Position numbers and translations under genes: made by a program
NCBI GenBank assembly: GCA_964392925.1
Contig: CAYMRP010000001.1
Coordinates: forward strand, 229,585 to 293,584
Origin: an uncultured Gammaproteobacteria bacterium
GTDB lineage: Bacteria; Patescibacteriota; Microgenomatia; Daviesbacterales; UBA10151
Direction of reading: 5' to 3'
DNA length: 64,000 nucleotides
Shown here: in pieces, positions 36,040 to 46,588 of the stretch
Layout of the letters: every line of letters starts with the position of its first letter
Numbering within the stretch: position 1 is the stretch's first letter
The notes under the pieces: generated by a model
What the model was told of the DNA's origin: nothing
Database searches by the model: none
What the model saw: the letters and a program-made list of their open reading frames with translations, nothing else

Positions 36040-36497
36040 GCCGATTCATTTCTTCTTAATTCGTAAAGTGACATTTTAGTTATTAATTCTTTTGTCGGGA
36101 TAATTCTCTTCCTGTGGTTTGTCTCGTTTGGTAATCCTGTCGTTAATAAATATCCTTGCCATTTACCATCTCCCACAAATAATTCCAAATGCTCCAGATC
36201 AGTCAGTAAGTCCTCATCTTTAACCTGATAAAGCCGGTATTTTCCAATTGCCAATATATTATCTGTCACATGATCTCTGTGCGATGAAACAAGTATTTCT
36301 CCAATTTCCTCAGCATTTACCCAAGCAAAAGTGTCATTATCTAAAGTTAAAATTTTCGTCTGACCTTTTGTTTCGATAAGTTTATACCGTCCCTGTTTCA
36401 ATAACTTAATCATCAATACACTATAGACTCCTAATGTTTTACTTTCCTTGATCAAGATCACTTTAAAATGTAGAATAGCTGGTCTATGGCAAAACAA
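36036..36497 (-). CDS. Hypothetical protein
   Basis: The 153-aa ORF has no recognised motif. A later start is possible at the MIKLLKQGRYK position. Confidence 0.4.
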   Translation of the reverse strand: MFCHRPAILHFKVILIKESKTLGVYSVLMIKLLKQGRYKLIETKGQTKILTLDNDTFAWVNAEEIGEILVSSHRDHVTDNILAIGKYRLYQVKDEDLLTDLEHLELFVGDGKWQGYLLTTGLPNETNHRKRIIPTKELITKMSLYELRRNESA

Positions 36498-36938
36498 ATA
36501 AAACTAACTATTAAGGAAAAAATAGATCATCTTCTCGAAGAGATTAGAATTGTTTTACCCGGAACTCAAGCTTTACTTGGATTTCAATTAGTTGCAGTTT
36601 TTTCAGATGGATTCAAAACTCTTTCAGCTGAGGTAAAAATACTTCATCTGATAAGTTTGATCCTCATAACCTTAACTACTATTTTATTAATGTCTGTTTC
36701 TGCCTATGATAGGATTGTCGATCAGGATCACGACACAGAACATTTTCATACTTTTGCCAGCACTATGGTCTTGTTAGCATTAATGCTTTTAGGAATTGGT
36801 TTGGCTGGAGATATCTATGTTGCTTCATTAATCATAACTGCCTCTCATAATTTGTCCTTAATAATCGCTAGCAGTATTCTACTTTTCGCCTATTTTCTTT
36901 GGTTTGGGGTTACTCTTCTAAAAAAGTATTTTCGATAA
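36486..36938 (+). CDS. Integral membrane protein, hypothetical
   Basis: The 150-aa product has 3-4 TM helices. Confidence 0.45.
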   Translation: MAKQIKLTIKEKIDHLLEEIRIVLPGTQALLGFQLVAVFSDGFKTLSAEVKILHLISLILITLTTILLMSVSAYDRIVDQDHDTEHFHTFASTMVLLALMLLGIGLAGDIYVASLIITASHNLSLIIASSILLFAYFLWFGVTLLKKYFR

Positions 36939-36948
36939 GTCCTAAAGA

Positions 36949-38151
36949 TTATATTAATTTTTTCTCTCGCAGGATGCTGTATGAAGTTTTCTTCTGAATA
37001 AGTAATGCTCCAATACCAAACAGATAAGTTAACATCCCAACAAAGAAATTAATAATTGGGATTAATGACAATATTCCGAGAACTAACAATCCCGTAAGCA
37101 AACTCCAGCTTTTAGAGCTTTTTTCTCTTCTCAAATAATTAAGTACTTTAGTCCCAATATAAAGTGCCACAAATGTTTCAGCTATAAACCAAAGTAAAGC
37201 TAATGCCAGAAATAATAGCAAAGCCAGAGGAATGCCGATTATTGTCATACATAAGATTATGAATACCAGCGGAAACAACAGTACTGTTAAAAATCCAATT
37301 CCCAGCGAAGCGAGTGAACGGGATTCCAAAGTTTTGAGAGTACCTTCTGTGAATACTGGCAACAACTGAACGATTATTAGTCCAATTATCAGCGACACAG
37401 CCAAACTATAAATATAGAAAACTAATGTTCCCATTGTGGCAACACCCAAAATCTTTTCGCTATCAACTCTTGCGGCTTCCTTCTCCTTATACTTAGGAGT
37501 TTGGACATAATGATAATTAGTTTGACCGGCAATTGAAGCTTCCGGATTTAACACTAATTTATTCTCACTCCAATAATTAAGATCCCCTGTAATTTTTGAT
37601 GCCGGACTCAGGACTAAATTACTGGTGTATGCATTTACAGTTCCTCCCACTAAATTCCCAAAACTAATCTGACCGCCGGCTGCATTCACTCCTTTACCAA
37701 TCGGTGAATTTAAAGATATATTACCTCCAGCCGACACTAAACTGCCGGCAATTTTTCCGTTATCTGATAGCGATACTGATCCACCTAAGATTGTGGCATT
37801 CTTTTCCACATCAGAAGATAAAATAATATTTCCTCCAGCTGCCCTGATATTTCCATTAACTTTTCCTAAAATAGTCACGTTCCCTCCAGCAGTTAAAAGA
37901 TCCCCATTAACCACTCCGTCAAAAGTCACATTCCCTCCAGCTAGATATGCATCACCGTTAACAGTTCCGCTTAGATTAACTGTATCTCCAACTGCAAAAT
38001 AATCATGATTTACTACTTCATCCTTTGATAAAGTCACAATCGGAAAAGAACTCTCACCGGCAAAAACATTACCGCTAAGTAAAAGAAGCGCTGTCAGAGG
38101 AATAATAAAAAGTGCGGCCATAAATTTTTTCATATGGCTATTCTTGAACAT
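36949..38151 (-). CDS. Exported protein with bactofilin-like / beta-helical AGGNV..G.VNGD repeats and a C-terminal 4-5-TM domain
   Basis: A signal peptide is followed by at least 8 tandem 18-20-aa repeats (AGGNVTFDGVVNGD, AGGNVTILGKVNGN, AGGNIILSSDV ...). The C-terminus has hydrophobic helices. Confidence 0.5.
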   Translation of the reverse strand: MFKNSHMKKFMAALFIIPLTALLLLSGNVFAGESSFPIVTLSKDEVVNHDYFAVGDTVNLSGTVNGDAYLAGGNVTFDGVVNGDLLTAGGNVTILGKVNGNIRAAGGNIILSSDVEKNATILGGSVSLSDNGKIAGSLVSAGGNISLNSPIGKGVNAAGGQISFGNLVGGTVNAYTSNLVLSPASKITGDLNYWSENKLVLNPEASIAGQTNYHYVQTPKYKEKEAARVDSEKILGVATMGTLVFYIYSLAVSLIIGLIIVQLLPVFTEGTLKTLESRSLASLGIGFLTVLLFPLVFIILCMTIIGIPLALLLFLALALLWFIAETFVALYIGTKVLNYLRREKSSKSWSLLTGLLVLGILSLIPIINFFVGMLTYLFGIGALLIQKKTSYSILREKKLI

Positions 38152-38194
38152 CTCTGAATAACTTTCATTGATTTAAATCACATTTATCAATTAA

Positions 38195-38743
38195 TTAAGA
38201 TGGAGTAATAAGTACCCAGTTATTAGAAACTTCTGGTACAGAGCACAAATTTCGATTAAAGCAGCAAGGCCTCCGCATCCCTTTATTAAGTTTATCCAGC
38301 ATCACTTCAAGATGTTTTTTCCTTGTCTCTGCAGTTTTAACTGCCCTAATCCAGCGGATCCAATCCCAGCGGGCGAGTGGGGTAATATCATTCCATAACA
38401 TTTGAGCTTTTGACGAGCTTGCCAAAGCTTCGGCTACATCAACCAGCACTTCCGGCTCGACCCATTCTTTCGTCGGTATAAGTGAAACTTCCACAATATC
38501 TCCAGCTCGAGCACCAGCCTGATCTAATAATTTTTTATCCGGTGCAAACCAGTGGCTCGGTTTAAGACCCGGTCCGTATTTTCCATCTGGCTCCAATAAG
38601 GCTTTAAAAGCAACCCCATTTAAAGTTCCTGCAACCATTGTCATCCCTCTCGAAGGCAGCTTAGCACTGGCGCTTTCCGGCAAATGGAGGATAGTCACTC
38701 TGTTAATATTAATCAGTTTTACACTAAAACTAATTTGAGTCAT
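38195..38743 (-). CDS. DUF1905 plus YdeI/OmpD-associated (OmdA) domain protein
   Basis: The DUF1905 part is VTILHLPESASAKLPSRGMTMVAGTLNGVAFKALLEPDGKYG..HWF. The C-terminal part carries DWIRWIRAVKTAETRKKHLEVMLDKL. Confidence 0.65.
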   Translation of the reverse strand: MTQISFSVKLININRVTILHLPESASAKLPSRGMTMVAGTLNGVAFKALLEPDGKYGPGLKPSHWFAPDKKLLDQAGARAGDIVEVSLIPTKEWVEPEVLVDVAEALASSSKAQMLWNDITPLARWDWIRWIRAVKTAETRKKHLEVMLDKLNKGMRRPCCFNRNLCSVPEVSNNWVLITPS

Positions 38744-38953
38744 ACATATATTCTACCAAAATGGAGTAGTGGTTATAAATCCGTTGGAATGGCTAGTAAA
38801 ACGCAAAAAGAAATTCCCCCGCTTAAACAACTAATTACTGAGTAGGGCGCATTTTAAAGAATCACTGAGGTGGAAATTAATTCTGTTTTTTGCAAATAAA
38901 TTAAAAAAATAGCAGATAGGTAGACTCTCAATAAATTTGTTATACTCACTGAA

Positions 38954-39538
38954 ATGGATAAACTCGATCTTGTTATTAATAATGTTCGCAAACTATATGA
39001 AAAGAAAAATCCTGTTATAGATTGGAATGATTGGCTTTTTGAGGGTCACAATAAAGTAGTTGCCAATTGGGTTGAGGATCTCTCAAAAGAATACGATTTT
39101 GATAAAGAGAGTGTTATCGCAGCAGCTTATTTGCATGATTTAGCCTATGCCTGGACAAGTAAGAATGATCCAGACTTAGATGAAAAAAGTGAAGAAGGCG
39201 CAAGAAGAGTTTTAAAAGAGTCTGGTTTCTCAGAAGAAAAGATTACCTTTATTGTAGACAAAATCATTCATGGTCATGGAATGCATGATGGTAAGGAACC
39301 CGAACATTTAGAGGCTAAAATCCTAGCAACTGCGGATGCATTAGCCCACTTCACCACAGATTTTTACCTTGTAGTCTGTTGGAATAATTACTTATTTGAA
39401 GACAAGACGCTCAAAGATTATAAAGACTGGGTTTTAAAAAAGATTGAAAGAGACTTTAATAATAAAATATTCTTTGATGAATATAAAGAAATTGCCAAAC
39501 CATACTACCAAAGTATAAAAACTATTTTTAGTTTCTAG
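38954..39538 (+). CDS. HD domain phosphohydrolase
   Basis: The H..HD motif (AAYLHDLAY) and a downstream HGHGMHD are present. Confidence 0.65.
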   Translation: MDKLDLVINNVRKLYEKKNPVIDWNDWLFEGHNKVVANWVEDLSKEYDFDKESVIAAAYLHDLAYAWTSKNDPDLDEKSEEGARRVLKESGFSEEKITFIVDKIIHGHGMHDGKEPEHLEAKILATADALAHFTTDFYLVVCWNNYLFEDKTLKDYKDWVLKKIERDFNNKIFFDEYKEIAKPYYQSIKTIFSF

Positions 39539-39594
39539 TTGTATGCATACTTATATTTTCTGTAATTTTATCAACCAATCTTCAGTACTTTTAA

Positions 39595-40590
39595 TTATCC
39601 TCTGAAAATCAAGAAAGTGATATATCCAGCGTAAGCGGCTAACATTAATCCTCCCTCAGCTTTTGTTATGACATGTCTTTGTCTGATAAATAGAAATACG
39701 AAAAGTAAAATTGTTGTCATAAATAAAACGAAAATATCTACCACGTTTGAAGCCGGCAATGGCAACGGAGTAACAAGCGATGTAAGTCCCAAAATAAAGA
39801 ATATATTGAATATATTAGACCCGACCACATTACCTACAGCTATGTCTACCTGTTTCTTAGATGCAGCCACTAAACTAGTAACTAGTTCCGGCAAACTTGT
39901 ACCAACAGCTACGAGTGTCAGTCCGATCAATGTATCACTTACCCCAAAAGCTTTAGCAATATTAATACCGCTATCAACTAATAATTTACTTCCTAGTATA
40001 AGCCCGCCAAGTCCAGCAACAACTAAAAGAATAGACATCCAGGTCTTTCTCTGTTTAATATCAGGTGCGCTATCAGTACTCACTTTAGCGATTCCAAAAG
40101 TGTAATAAAGAAAAATAATAAAAAATGCTAATAGAATAAGCCCATTACTCCGGGTTATAGATCCCACAACATCTGTTCCAGTGAAAGGAATATGAAATAT
40201 GCTTCCGTGATCAATCACATTCTGCAAAGCTAAAACAAATAATACTAATGCTCCCAAAAAAGACATTGGGATTTCTTTCCAAACAGTATTTTTATGAACA
40301 ATCAATGGGCAAAGTATTGCAGAAGCTCCTAAAATTAATAAGATATTAGCAATATTAGATCCAATAATATTGCTCAAAGCCAGATTAGTATTTCCCGAAA
40401 TTGCACTAGTCAACGATACAACCAATTCCGGAGCTGAAGTTCCAAATGCAACCACAGTCAATCCAATTACCATTGGACTAATTTTAAATCGAGCAGCAAT
40501 AGACGAAGCCCCCGATACCAGCCAATCCGCTGACTTCAAAAGAATAACGATTCCTAATGCAAAGAAAACGACCGAAAGTAAAATAGCCAT
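39595..40590 (-). CDS. Ca2+/Na+ antiporter (CaCA family, YrbG-like)
   Basis: Two alpha-repeats (GTSAPELVVSL and GTSLPELVTSL) lie in a 10-TM protein. Confidence 0.85.
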   Translation of the reverse strand: MAILLSVVFFALGIVILLKSADWLVSGASSIAARFKISPMVIGLTVVAFGTSAPELVVSLTSAISGNTNLALSNIIGSNIANILLILGASAILCPLIVHKNTVWKEIPMSFLGALVLFVLALQNVIDHGSIFHIPFTGTDVVGSITRSNGLILLAFFIIFLYYTFGIAKVSTDSAPDIKQRKTWMSILLVVAGLGGLILGSKLLVDSGINIAKAFGVSDTLIGLTLVAVGTSLPELVTSLVAASKKQVDIAVGNVVGSNIFNIFFILGLTSLVTPLPLPASNVVDIFVLFMTTILLFVFLFIRQRHVITKAEGGLMLAAYAGYITFLIFRG

Positions 40591-40665
40591 TATGTAATTG
40601 TATAAAAATAGACAGATCAGTCAACACCAAAGTTAATCAGATCATCAATAGCTGCTGCAACAATC

Positions 40666-42153
40666 TCACTCTCTAATCTGAAGAATATGATCTATTTCCG
40701 CAGGTAGTCTTGTCGCCTCGGGGACAATCTCCCTGCGCGTCATCAATAAACTACCCGGAGGAAGCGTTTCGTTTGACTGAATTCTTCGGGCAGGAGTTTT
40801 AAAGTAAATCGTCTCAAAAAAATGTCCCGAATCCCCATCCCCGAAATAAATATCCTCATCGATGTATGGAGTTAAATTCCGATCCCGGGCTTCTTTCGCC
40901 AGCTTTTCATAAGAAGTATAAGTTCCCAAATCCGAAAATATATTCTCAGTTATCTTAGGATAAGTATTCCAATAATAATTAACAAAATCCGCATAATTTA
41001 CAATCATTAATAGGCTAATTATTACTATGGTCGGTCTGAAATAAATTTTTGGTCTATTTTCCCAAAGCGATTTTGCGCCCAAAGTTGCCAACAAACAATA
41101 CAAGGGAATCATCATCATTAACCTGCTGGCCCGGTGTGAAGACCCGACAAGTCCGAATAATAAAGGAGCTGTAAAATAACAAATGACTATAAACAACCAA
41201 AAACCTTTATTCCGGATCGCGTAATATAAACCAGTAAAAAATAGCGGAGCAGATAAAAGCAGCATCATGCCGTGCATTTGAGTCGAATGAAACATCGTCG
41301 AATCGCCAGTTATATACGTAAAAGTTAAGTCAAAGCTCGAAAAATAAGGATAAAGTACGCTATATACTGAATCAAAACTAGGTCTTTGTCCGGCAAAAAT
41401 AGCTCCTGGATATTTTTGTTGTATCAAAGGAATAACCGCAAAAAAAGGCAATAAACTAATTAAAAAAACAAAGATATCTTTGTATGACTTTTTAAAAGCT
41501 TTAATCCAGGAGTCTCGGTAATCATAAATAAATAAGTAACCAACACTAAGTAAAATCCAAATCGGCACAGCAGCTCTCATCGCCTTATATGTATAAAAAT
41601 TAATTCCTAAACTTATTGCAGCCAAAACAAGATATCTTCTCTTCCCAGTTTTACTGAAAAGAAAAATTCCAAGTAGCCAAAGCATAGTAAAAGGAACAGG
41701 CATTATATTATCCAGTCCCATATGAGATTGGATCATAACTAAAGGCGTAGTCAGGAAAACAAAAGCTGAAAACATCGCCCATTTATAACCGAGTAATTTA
41801 CTCGCCAAAACCAGCAATAAAACAGTTGAAAGCAGCGTAATTATGATACTGCTAAAACGTAAATTAAAAACCGAAGGCCCAAAAACCTTAAAGAAAGCAG
41901 TCATGTAATATTGAGTAACCGGCTGTCTCCAATCTTTTCCTTCAACTGATAGAACAAAAAGCGGCATAAATCTGCCATTCTGATCTTTACCAGTCTCTGC
42001 AAGCAAAGCCGCATTATATCCAAACGCTGCCTCATCCGAAGTTAATCCGCGGGGAACCTCAAGCAACCGGTAGGAGAAAAAGAGAGCAATAAGCACCAGC
42101 GCGACACCCAAAACAAAAGTAATTATTATTTTTTTCCGCTCTAGTTTCACCAA
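40666..42153 (-). CDS. GT-C glycosyltransferase (GT39/GT83, ArnT/PMT-like)
   Basis: The product is polytopic. The N-terminal loop motif TSDEAAFGY carries the DE(x)Y catalytic signature of PMT/ArnT enzymes. Confidence 0.75.
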   Translation of the reverse strand: MVKLERKKIIITFVLGVALVLIALFFSYRLLEVPRGLTSDEAAFGYNAALLAETGKDQNGRFMPLFVLSVEGKDWRQPVTQYYMTAFFKVFGPSVFNLRFSSIIITLLSTVLLLVLASKLLGYKWAMFSAFVFLTTPLVMIQSHMGLDNIMPVPFTMLWLLGIFLFSKTGKRRYLVLAAISLGINFYTYKAMRAAVPIWILLSVGYLFIYDYRDSWIKAFKKSYKDIFVFLISLLPFFAVIPLIQQKYPGAIFAGQRPSFDSVYSVLYPYFSSFDLTFTYITGDSTMFHSTQMHGMMLLLSAPLFFTGLYYAIRNKGFWLFIVICYFTAPLLFGLVGSSHRASRLMMMIPLYCLLATLGAKSLWENRPKIYFRPTIVIISLLMIVNYADFVNYYWNTYPKITENIFSDLGTYTSYEKLAKEARDRNLTPYIDEDIYFGDGDSGHFFETIYFKTPARRIQSNETLPPGSLLMTRREIVPEATRLPAEIDHILQIRE

Positions 42154-42333
42154 ATCATAATATCAGGTTAGACTCTCGTTTCAAAGGTAATTTGAAGAAT
42201 TTGAATAATTTTTTCTGGGGTCCTCAATGATGAGTATCTAGAATCAGCTATCAGGCAAGTGAATAATTTAAGACAAGTTTTTAGCTTAGTTAGTCTATAA
42301 GTCTTGTTCTTCCTTTTTTGTTATAATCGCCTC

Positions 42334-43002
42334 ATGAAGGACAGAAAAGAACTTTTATATCCTAGAAATAATCCTGATGGAGCGACAATCCCATTAAGTG
42401 TTTGGATACCTCCAAAAACTTTAGTTGAAGACTTCAGAGGATACAAAATTTTTAAGTCAGACCCACTTAAAAGTATGAGCGAAACTGCTAATGGTGCAGT
42501 TCAATTAGCAATAGTCCATCCTACAATACATGGGGATTTACTCAGAGCTGATAGTTATAGAGAAGGCTATTTCGCTGCTACCTGGTTAAGTAATGTACAA
42601 CTTCCTCAGTTCTTGGATTCTGCTGAAAAATATTTTCAAGAATTTGAAGACCAGTTTAAAGGGGAAGTGCATGGAACCATGGGTATTTTTAGTTCGTGGA
42701 GAGAGCCAGACTTTTGGGAATTTGATAGACCTCTAAGACAAGAAGATCTTGATAGAGAAAATGCTTTTACTGGAAGTGAAGATCATCCATTAGGTTTAGT
42801 AAGGTTAGAAACAGCACCCGCTGATTTATGCTTTCAACCAAAAGATGAAGCTGTTGGAATCATTGCTTATTTAGATAAAGGGGAAGAACAACCAACTATT
42901 GATGCAGTGTCAAGATTTGTTAACAGGACTCAAACTTTGTTACCAGAAAATGTAGTTACAAGATCACTTGAACTATTGCCTCATAGAAGAATAGTAACTT
43001 AA
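42334..43002 (+). CDS. Hypothetical cytoplasmic protein (orphan gene next to the 3' end of tRNA-His)
   Basis: The ORF is clean with no TM segment and no recognised motif. The ORF track starts at 42304 with a TTG. The first ATG is at 42334. Confidence 0.5.
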   Translation: MKDRKELLYPRNNPDGATIPLSVWIPPKTLVEDFRGYKIFKSDPLKSMSETANGAVQLAIVHPTIHGDLLRADSYREGYFAATWLSNVQLPQFLDSAEKYFQEFEDQFKGEVHGTMGIFSSWREPDFWEFDRPLRQEDLDRENAFTGSEDHPLGLVRLETAPADLCFQPKDEAVGIIAYLDKGEEQPTIDAVSRFVNRTQTLLPENVVTRSLELLPHRRIVT

Positions 43003-43187
43003 AGTTAATTTTGGTTCTAGTATCTCGTCAGGGTCATCAAAAATCGTGCCTAAAATATTCTGGGTGATCGACGGGACTATACATCCCTTTTCTCCGAAAA
43101 AGCCGAACTCATCAAACTTGCGTTTGATACTTAGAGTTCCTTGCTAATCTACCCACAAAAAATCCTCCACAGAGGAGGAATTTTTTC

Positions 43188-43264
43188 TGGGGTGATCGAC
43201 GGGACTCGAACCCGCGACCATCGGTACCACAAACCGAGGCTCTACCAGCTGAGCTACGACCACC
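43188..43264 (-). tRNA. tRNA-His (anticodon GTG) with genomically encoded G-1 and CCA
   Basis: The reverse complement reads G-GTGGTCGTAGCTCAGCTGGTAGAGCCTCGGTTTGTGGTACCGATGGTCGCGGGTTCGAGTCCCGTCGATCACCCCA. The anticodon loop is TTGTGGT. The extra 5' G pairs with C73, the hallmark of His tRNA. Confidence 0.9.
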
Positions 43265-43413
43265 ACGAAAATTAGAAAATGAAGCAACTTACTCCAAGGC
43301 CTAACGACATATTTTACCTATTGCGCCAGCAATTGGCAAGCTCGCCTTACCTATTGCGCCCTCTCATTACAAAATTATTGGAAAACATAAAAAGTGAGAA
43401 ATGAAGCTAAAAA

Positions 43414-43983
43414 CTAAAAATGCATCTCAAACCAGCTTCCTGTTTCAATAGGCTCTTTATTTTTAACAGAAATCTCAGCTTTATTCTCTTTAAATCTAAT
43501 TACACCTGTAAAAGTTCCTAACGCTGGAGTTTTATACCCTAAGGTGGGAATTGGTTTGCAATTTCCTGAGTATTGTCCTGATATATTAGAATTTCCGTTG
43601 CTATCCGGCTGGTCTGCATTTCCTGTAATCGCTGCCTCACAGGTCCCGCTTAAATTCCCAGAAATAGCCCCTCCATTTTTTGGCAAAGTAATAGTGAAAT
43701 TAACATTATAAGTGGAAAGTCTGTAGACCCCATTCATTACAATCTTGTCGTCCAAAGTCTGCGATGTATACGTATTTCCATGTTTAGTAAATGTCTTATT
43801 AGCAGTTATAGATTCACCAGAGAGCTCATTCAAATTCCGATTCTCCTGACTCATCTCTGCCGAATCCGATGCTTCGTTCTGTGATTCAGAGACTGCATTA
43901 AAAGGGGATATCAAAGTAGTTTTAATACTTACTCCAACTATAAAAGCCAAAATCGCGATTAAAATAATAGGCAAAAATTTCAT
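43414..43983 (-). CDS. Membrane-anchored / secreted hypothetical protein
   Basis: The N-terminal TM segment is MKFLPIILIAILAFIVGV. The mature part is S/N/G-rich. The ORF-track start at 44049 would overlap the upstream gene by about 60 bp. Confidence 0.5.
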   Translation of the reverse strand: MKFLPIILIAILAFIVGVSIKTTLISPFNAVSESQNEASDSAEMSQENRNLNELSGESITANKTFTKHGNTYTSQTLDDKIVMNGVYRLSTYNVNFTITLPKNGGAISGNLSGTCEAAITGNADQPDSNGNSNISGQYSGNCKPIPTLGYKTPALGTFTGVIRFKENKAEISVKNKEPIETGSWFEMHF

Positions 43984-43987
43984 ATTT

Positions 43988-44245
43988 TTAGTAAGTCTGT
44001 CTGGAATGAGTAGAAATATGCCTGTCAACCTTTTTCCCAAAGTCATCAAATTCTTCTCTTATCGGAGCATCATCTTCTAAATAGGCAAGTTGACCGCCAA
44101 TCTTATCCAATCTCTCTTCAAGGCCATCAATTCTTTTATTTAGTCTAACGTCTAATCCGTCTATCTTTTCGGTGATCTCCGTCTTAAAGGAGGCCAGTCC
44201 ATTAACTACGCCTTTGATAATTTTCTCAACATTCTCATCACCCAT
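43988..44245 (-). CDS. Small coiled-coil protein, hypothetical
   Basis: The 85-aa product has a heptad-like charged repeat (IDGLDVRLNKRIDGLEERLDKIGGQLAYLE). Confidence 0.4.
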   Translation of the reverse strand: MGDENVEKIIKGVVNGLASFKTEITEKIDGLDVRLNKRIDGLEERLDKIGGQLAYLEDDAPIREEFDDFGKKVDRHISTHSRQTY

Positions 44246-44290
44246 AATTTAATAGTAGTTTTCAAGGCCGGAAATTACAATATAATAATT

Positions 44291-46105
44291 TTAATCCGCC
44301 CATGGTAATAATTGCCAAAGCTCAACCGGTCTTAAAATTGCACTTCTTATATCCGGCTGTAACTCTCCAAACTCCAAAGTGTTTTCTCCCGGTAAAATCA
44401 TTTGATTTATTGTTTTTGGTTTGTAGTAAGGCTTTTCTAAAGTAAAAGTGTATTCCTGATCAGGCAGTAAATACTTGGTCTCAATAGTTTCTGATTTTCC
44501 TTCATTATTTAAAACAACCTCTGAGCTGGTAGAGGAGAGTGCATATCTAAGTTGTCCTAAAATACCTAAAAGATAATCTCCTCCAAAACTCTCCTTCCAT
44601 TTAAGCGAGGCCGAAACATTCAAAAATACTGGTGCTTTTACCTCAATCTCAAAAGGATAATCTTTCTCTGTCAATGCCTTGCCGCCCGAAAAAATATTAA
44701 AAGTAGTTTTATATATTCCGCCCTTTAATGGGGATACTGGAACTGTAAAAGTAATTTCTTCCTGAGGTGCAACACTTTTTCCCTCCGGAACTTCAAACCT
44801 GACTTCCCTAAACGCATCTCCAGATCCAAAAACATTCAGCACAATATCATTACTTTTTTCACCAGATAGAGGATTTTTATCCCCCCAAATAGTTTGTCCA
44901 ATATTTTTAAAAGTTAAGACTAAATTATAAGATTCTCCATAAGGAAGTGATGCGCTAATCCCAGATGATGTCGCCTCCAGATAATTAGTAAAGCCGTCTT
45001 TTTCTATCCCCAGCTTCATAAATTTAGCTTTCTCAGCTTGTATCGGTTTACCGGGAGTCTTAGTAGCCTCTTGTAATACATAATAAGGTAGGTGGTAATC
45101 TCTTTCTGCCTCAGTAGCCGCTCTTAATTTACCATTAACTTTAAACGAGAATTGATCAAACGGCGGTTCCTGGTAATTTAATAAAAACGGCGTTACTGCG
45201 ACTATTCTTGGATTGGACCAAGCCCCGCTAAATGCCTCACCATAATATTGGGCCACAGTCTCAGGTGAAGGGAACTTGTTATTGGTAGCTACTCCTTCTG
45301 AATGCTTCCAACCAGTTTCTGTTATAAAAACCGGCAAATCTTTCGTTAACCCTAATTGTCTTAAAAGCTGCAATTCCCATTCCCAAGTCCTAATAGTTCC
45401 TTTGCCCGATTCTCCGGGTTTGCCCACAAACCCAGGATTAGGGTAGGAGTGAGAAACCCAGCCATCCAGTTTGTTAAAAATTCCTGGTACTGCTTTCTCC
45501 ATTCTCTGGATATACTCTTCTTCTAGTAAATATTTCGGCGGCTCATTAGGAGTTGAGGCATCAAACCCCGGGTTCATCACAAAGAAATCTTGATTCTTCG
45601 CTTTTAAAGCATCAATCGTTTTGTTTAAAACTACCGCAAATCCTTCCGGATCAACCGATCCGCCCCATTCAGAACCGTGATTCGGCTCGTTGTAAATTGT
45701 GATGTACCTATTCTGAACTGGCCAATTTAATTTATCTAAGAAATCCGCCCAGGCTTCTGCCTCACCCTCATACGGCCTTTCCCAAACCCCCTCGCTCGTC
45801 GGCTTCGTCGCCAATCTAATAATTGGAATCAAATGCCGTCTTCTTAATTCATTAAAAAATTCCTGCCATTTCCCTTCATTTCTATCTCCGGATTCCACTA
45901 AAACCGTAATATATCCCCAGTCACCCTTAGTATTAACCAGTCTGGCAGCCTCCGAAGCTTCGTCTCGGCTGGCCGAGATAATATGAATTCCAAATTTATT
46001 ATTAGGCACAGATAAAGGATCAGAAATTGCCAAAGCAGGTGAGGGGTTCAGAATTAATGAGATGAGAGCGAATAGAAAACTAAATAGCAGACTAAACAAT
46101 TTCAT
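44291..46105 (-). CDS. Secreted glycoside hydrolase, clan GH-A (GH5-like) catalytic domain plus C-terminal beta-sandwich domains
   Basis: A signal peptide is present. The catalytic acid/base lies in IYNEPN and the nucleophile in FITETGW, at the spacing expected for a TIM barrel. Confidence 0.7.
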   Translation of the reverse strand: MKLFSLLFSFLFALISLILNPSPALAISDPLSVPNNKFGIHIISASRDEASEAARLVNTKGDWGYITVLVESGDRNEGKWQEFFNELRRRHLIPIIRLATKPTSEGVWERPYEGEAEAWADFLDKLNWPVQNRYITIYNEPNHGSEWGGSVDPEGFAVVLNKTIDALKAKNQDFFVMNPGFDASTPNEPPKYLLEEEYIQRMEKAVPGIFNKLDGWVSHSYPNPGFVGKPGESGKGTIRTWEWELQLLRQLGLTKDLPVFITETGWKHSEGVATNNKFPSPETVAQYYGEAFSGAWSNPRIVAVTPFLLNYQEPPFDQFSFKVNGKLRAATEAERDYHLPYYVLQEATKTPGKPIQAEKAKFMKLGIEKDGFTNYLEATSSGISASLPYGESYNLVLTFKNIGQTIWGDKNPLSGEKSNDIVLNVFGSGDAFREVRFEVPEGKSVAPQEEITFTVPVSPLKGGIYKTTFNIFSGGKALTEKDYPFEIEVKAPVFLNVSASLKWKESFGGDYLLGILGQLRYALSSTSSEVVLNNEGKSETIETKYLLPDQEYTFTLEKPYYKPKTINQMILPGENTLEFGELQPDIRSAILRPVELWQLLPWAD

Positions 46106-46283
46106 ATTTTGAGTCTAAGTATTTTAACACAGACAAAATCTTTCCCAGACAGACACGATAGTAAACAGGTGGCAATTTTATATCTTGACTTCGGGTTTAA
46201 TTTGGTTTAATAATTAATAACCAAAAGAAAACCGAATATGTTTCAAGCCCTATTCCACATCTCTGACTTACTAAAAAAACTTT

Positions 46284-46580
46284 TTGACAAAGGATAAATC
46301 CCTTGATACTTATCCCTTGTCCCTTAATTCTAAAAATATGACTGAACTATCAGATTCTATTAATGTTTGGGTATTTTTCAAAAAAGGCATAATAACTCCC
46401 CATGTCTTTTTTTGGAATAACCGCCGGATTGAAATCGAAAAAGTAAACTTAGTCCACCAAAGCCGCGAGGCTGGAAACACTATGTATCACTTCTCAGTTT
46501 CCTCAGGCGGCAACTTCTACCGCCTAGGCTTCGACACCATTAATCTTAAATGGATCCTAGAAGCCACAGAAGAGAGCTGA
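46284..46580 (+). CDS. Small hypothetical protein upstream of dinB
   Basis: The 98-aa ORF has an ATG about 18 codons in (MTELSDSINVWVFF). No motif was recognised. Confidence 0.35.
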   Translation: MTKDKSLDTYPLSLNSKNMTELSDSINVWVFFKKGIITPHVFFWNNRRIEIEKVNLVHQSREAGNTMYHFSVSSGGNFYRLGFDTINLKWILEATEES

Positions 46581-46588
46581 GGAATTTC

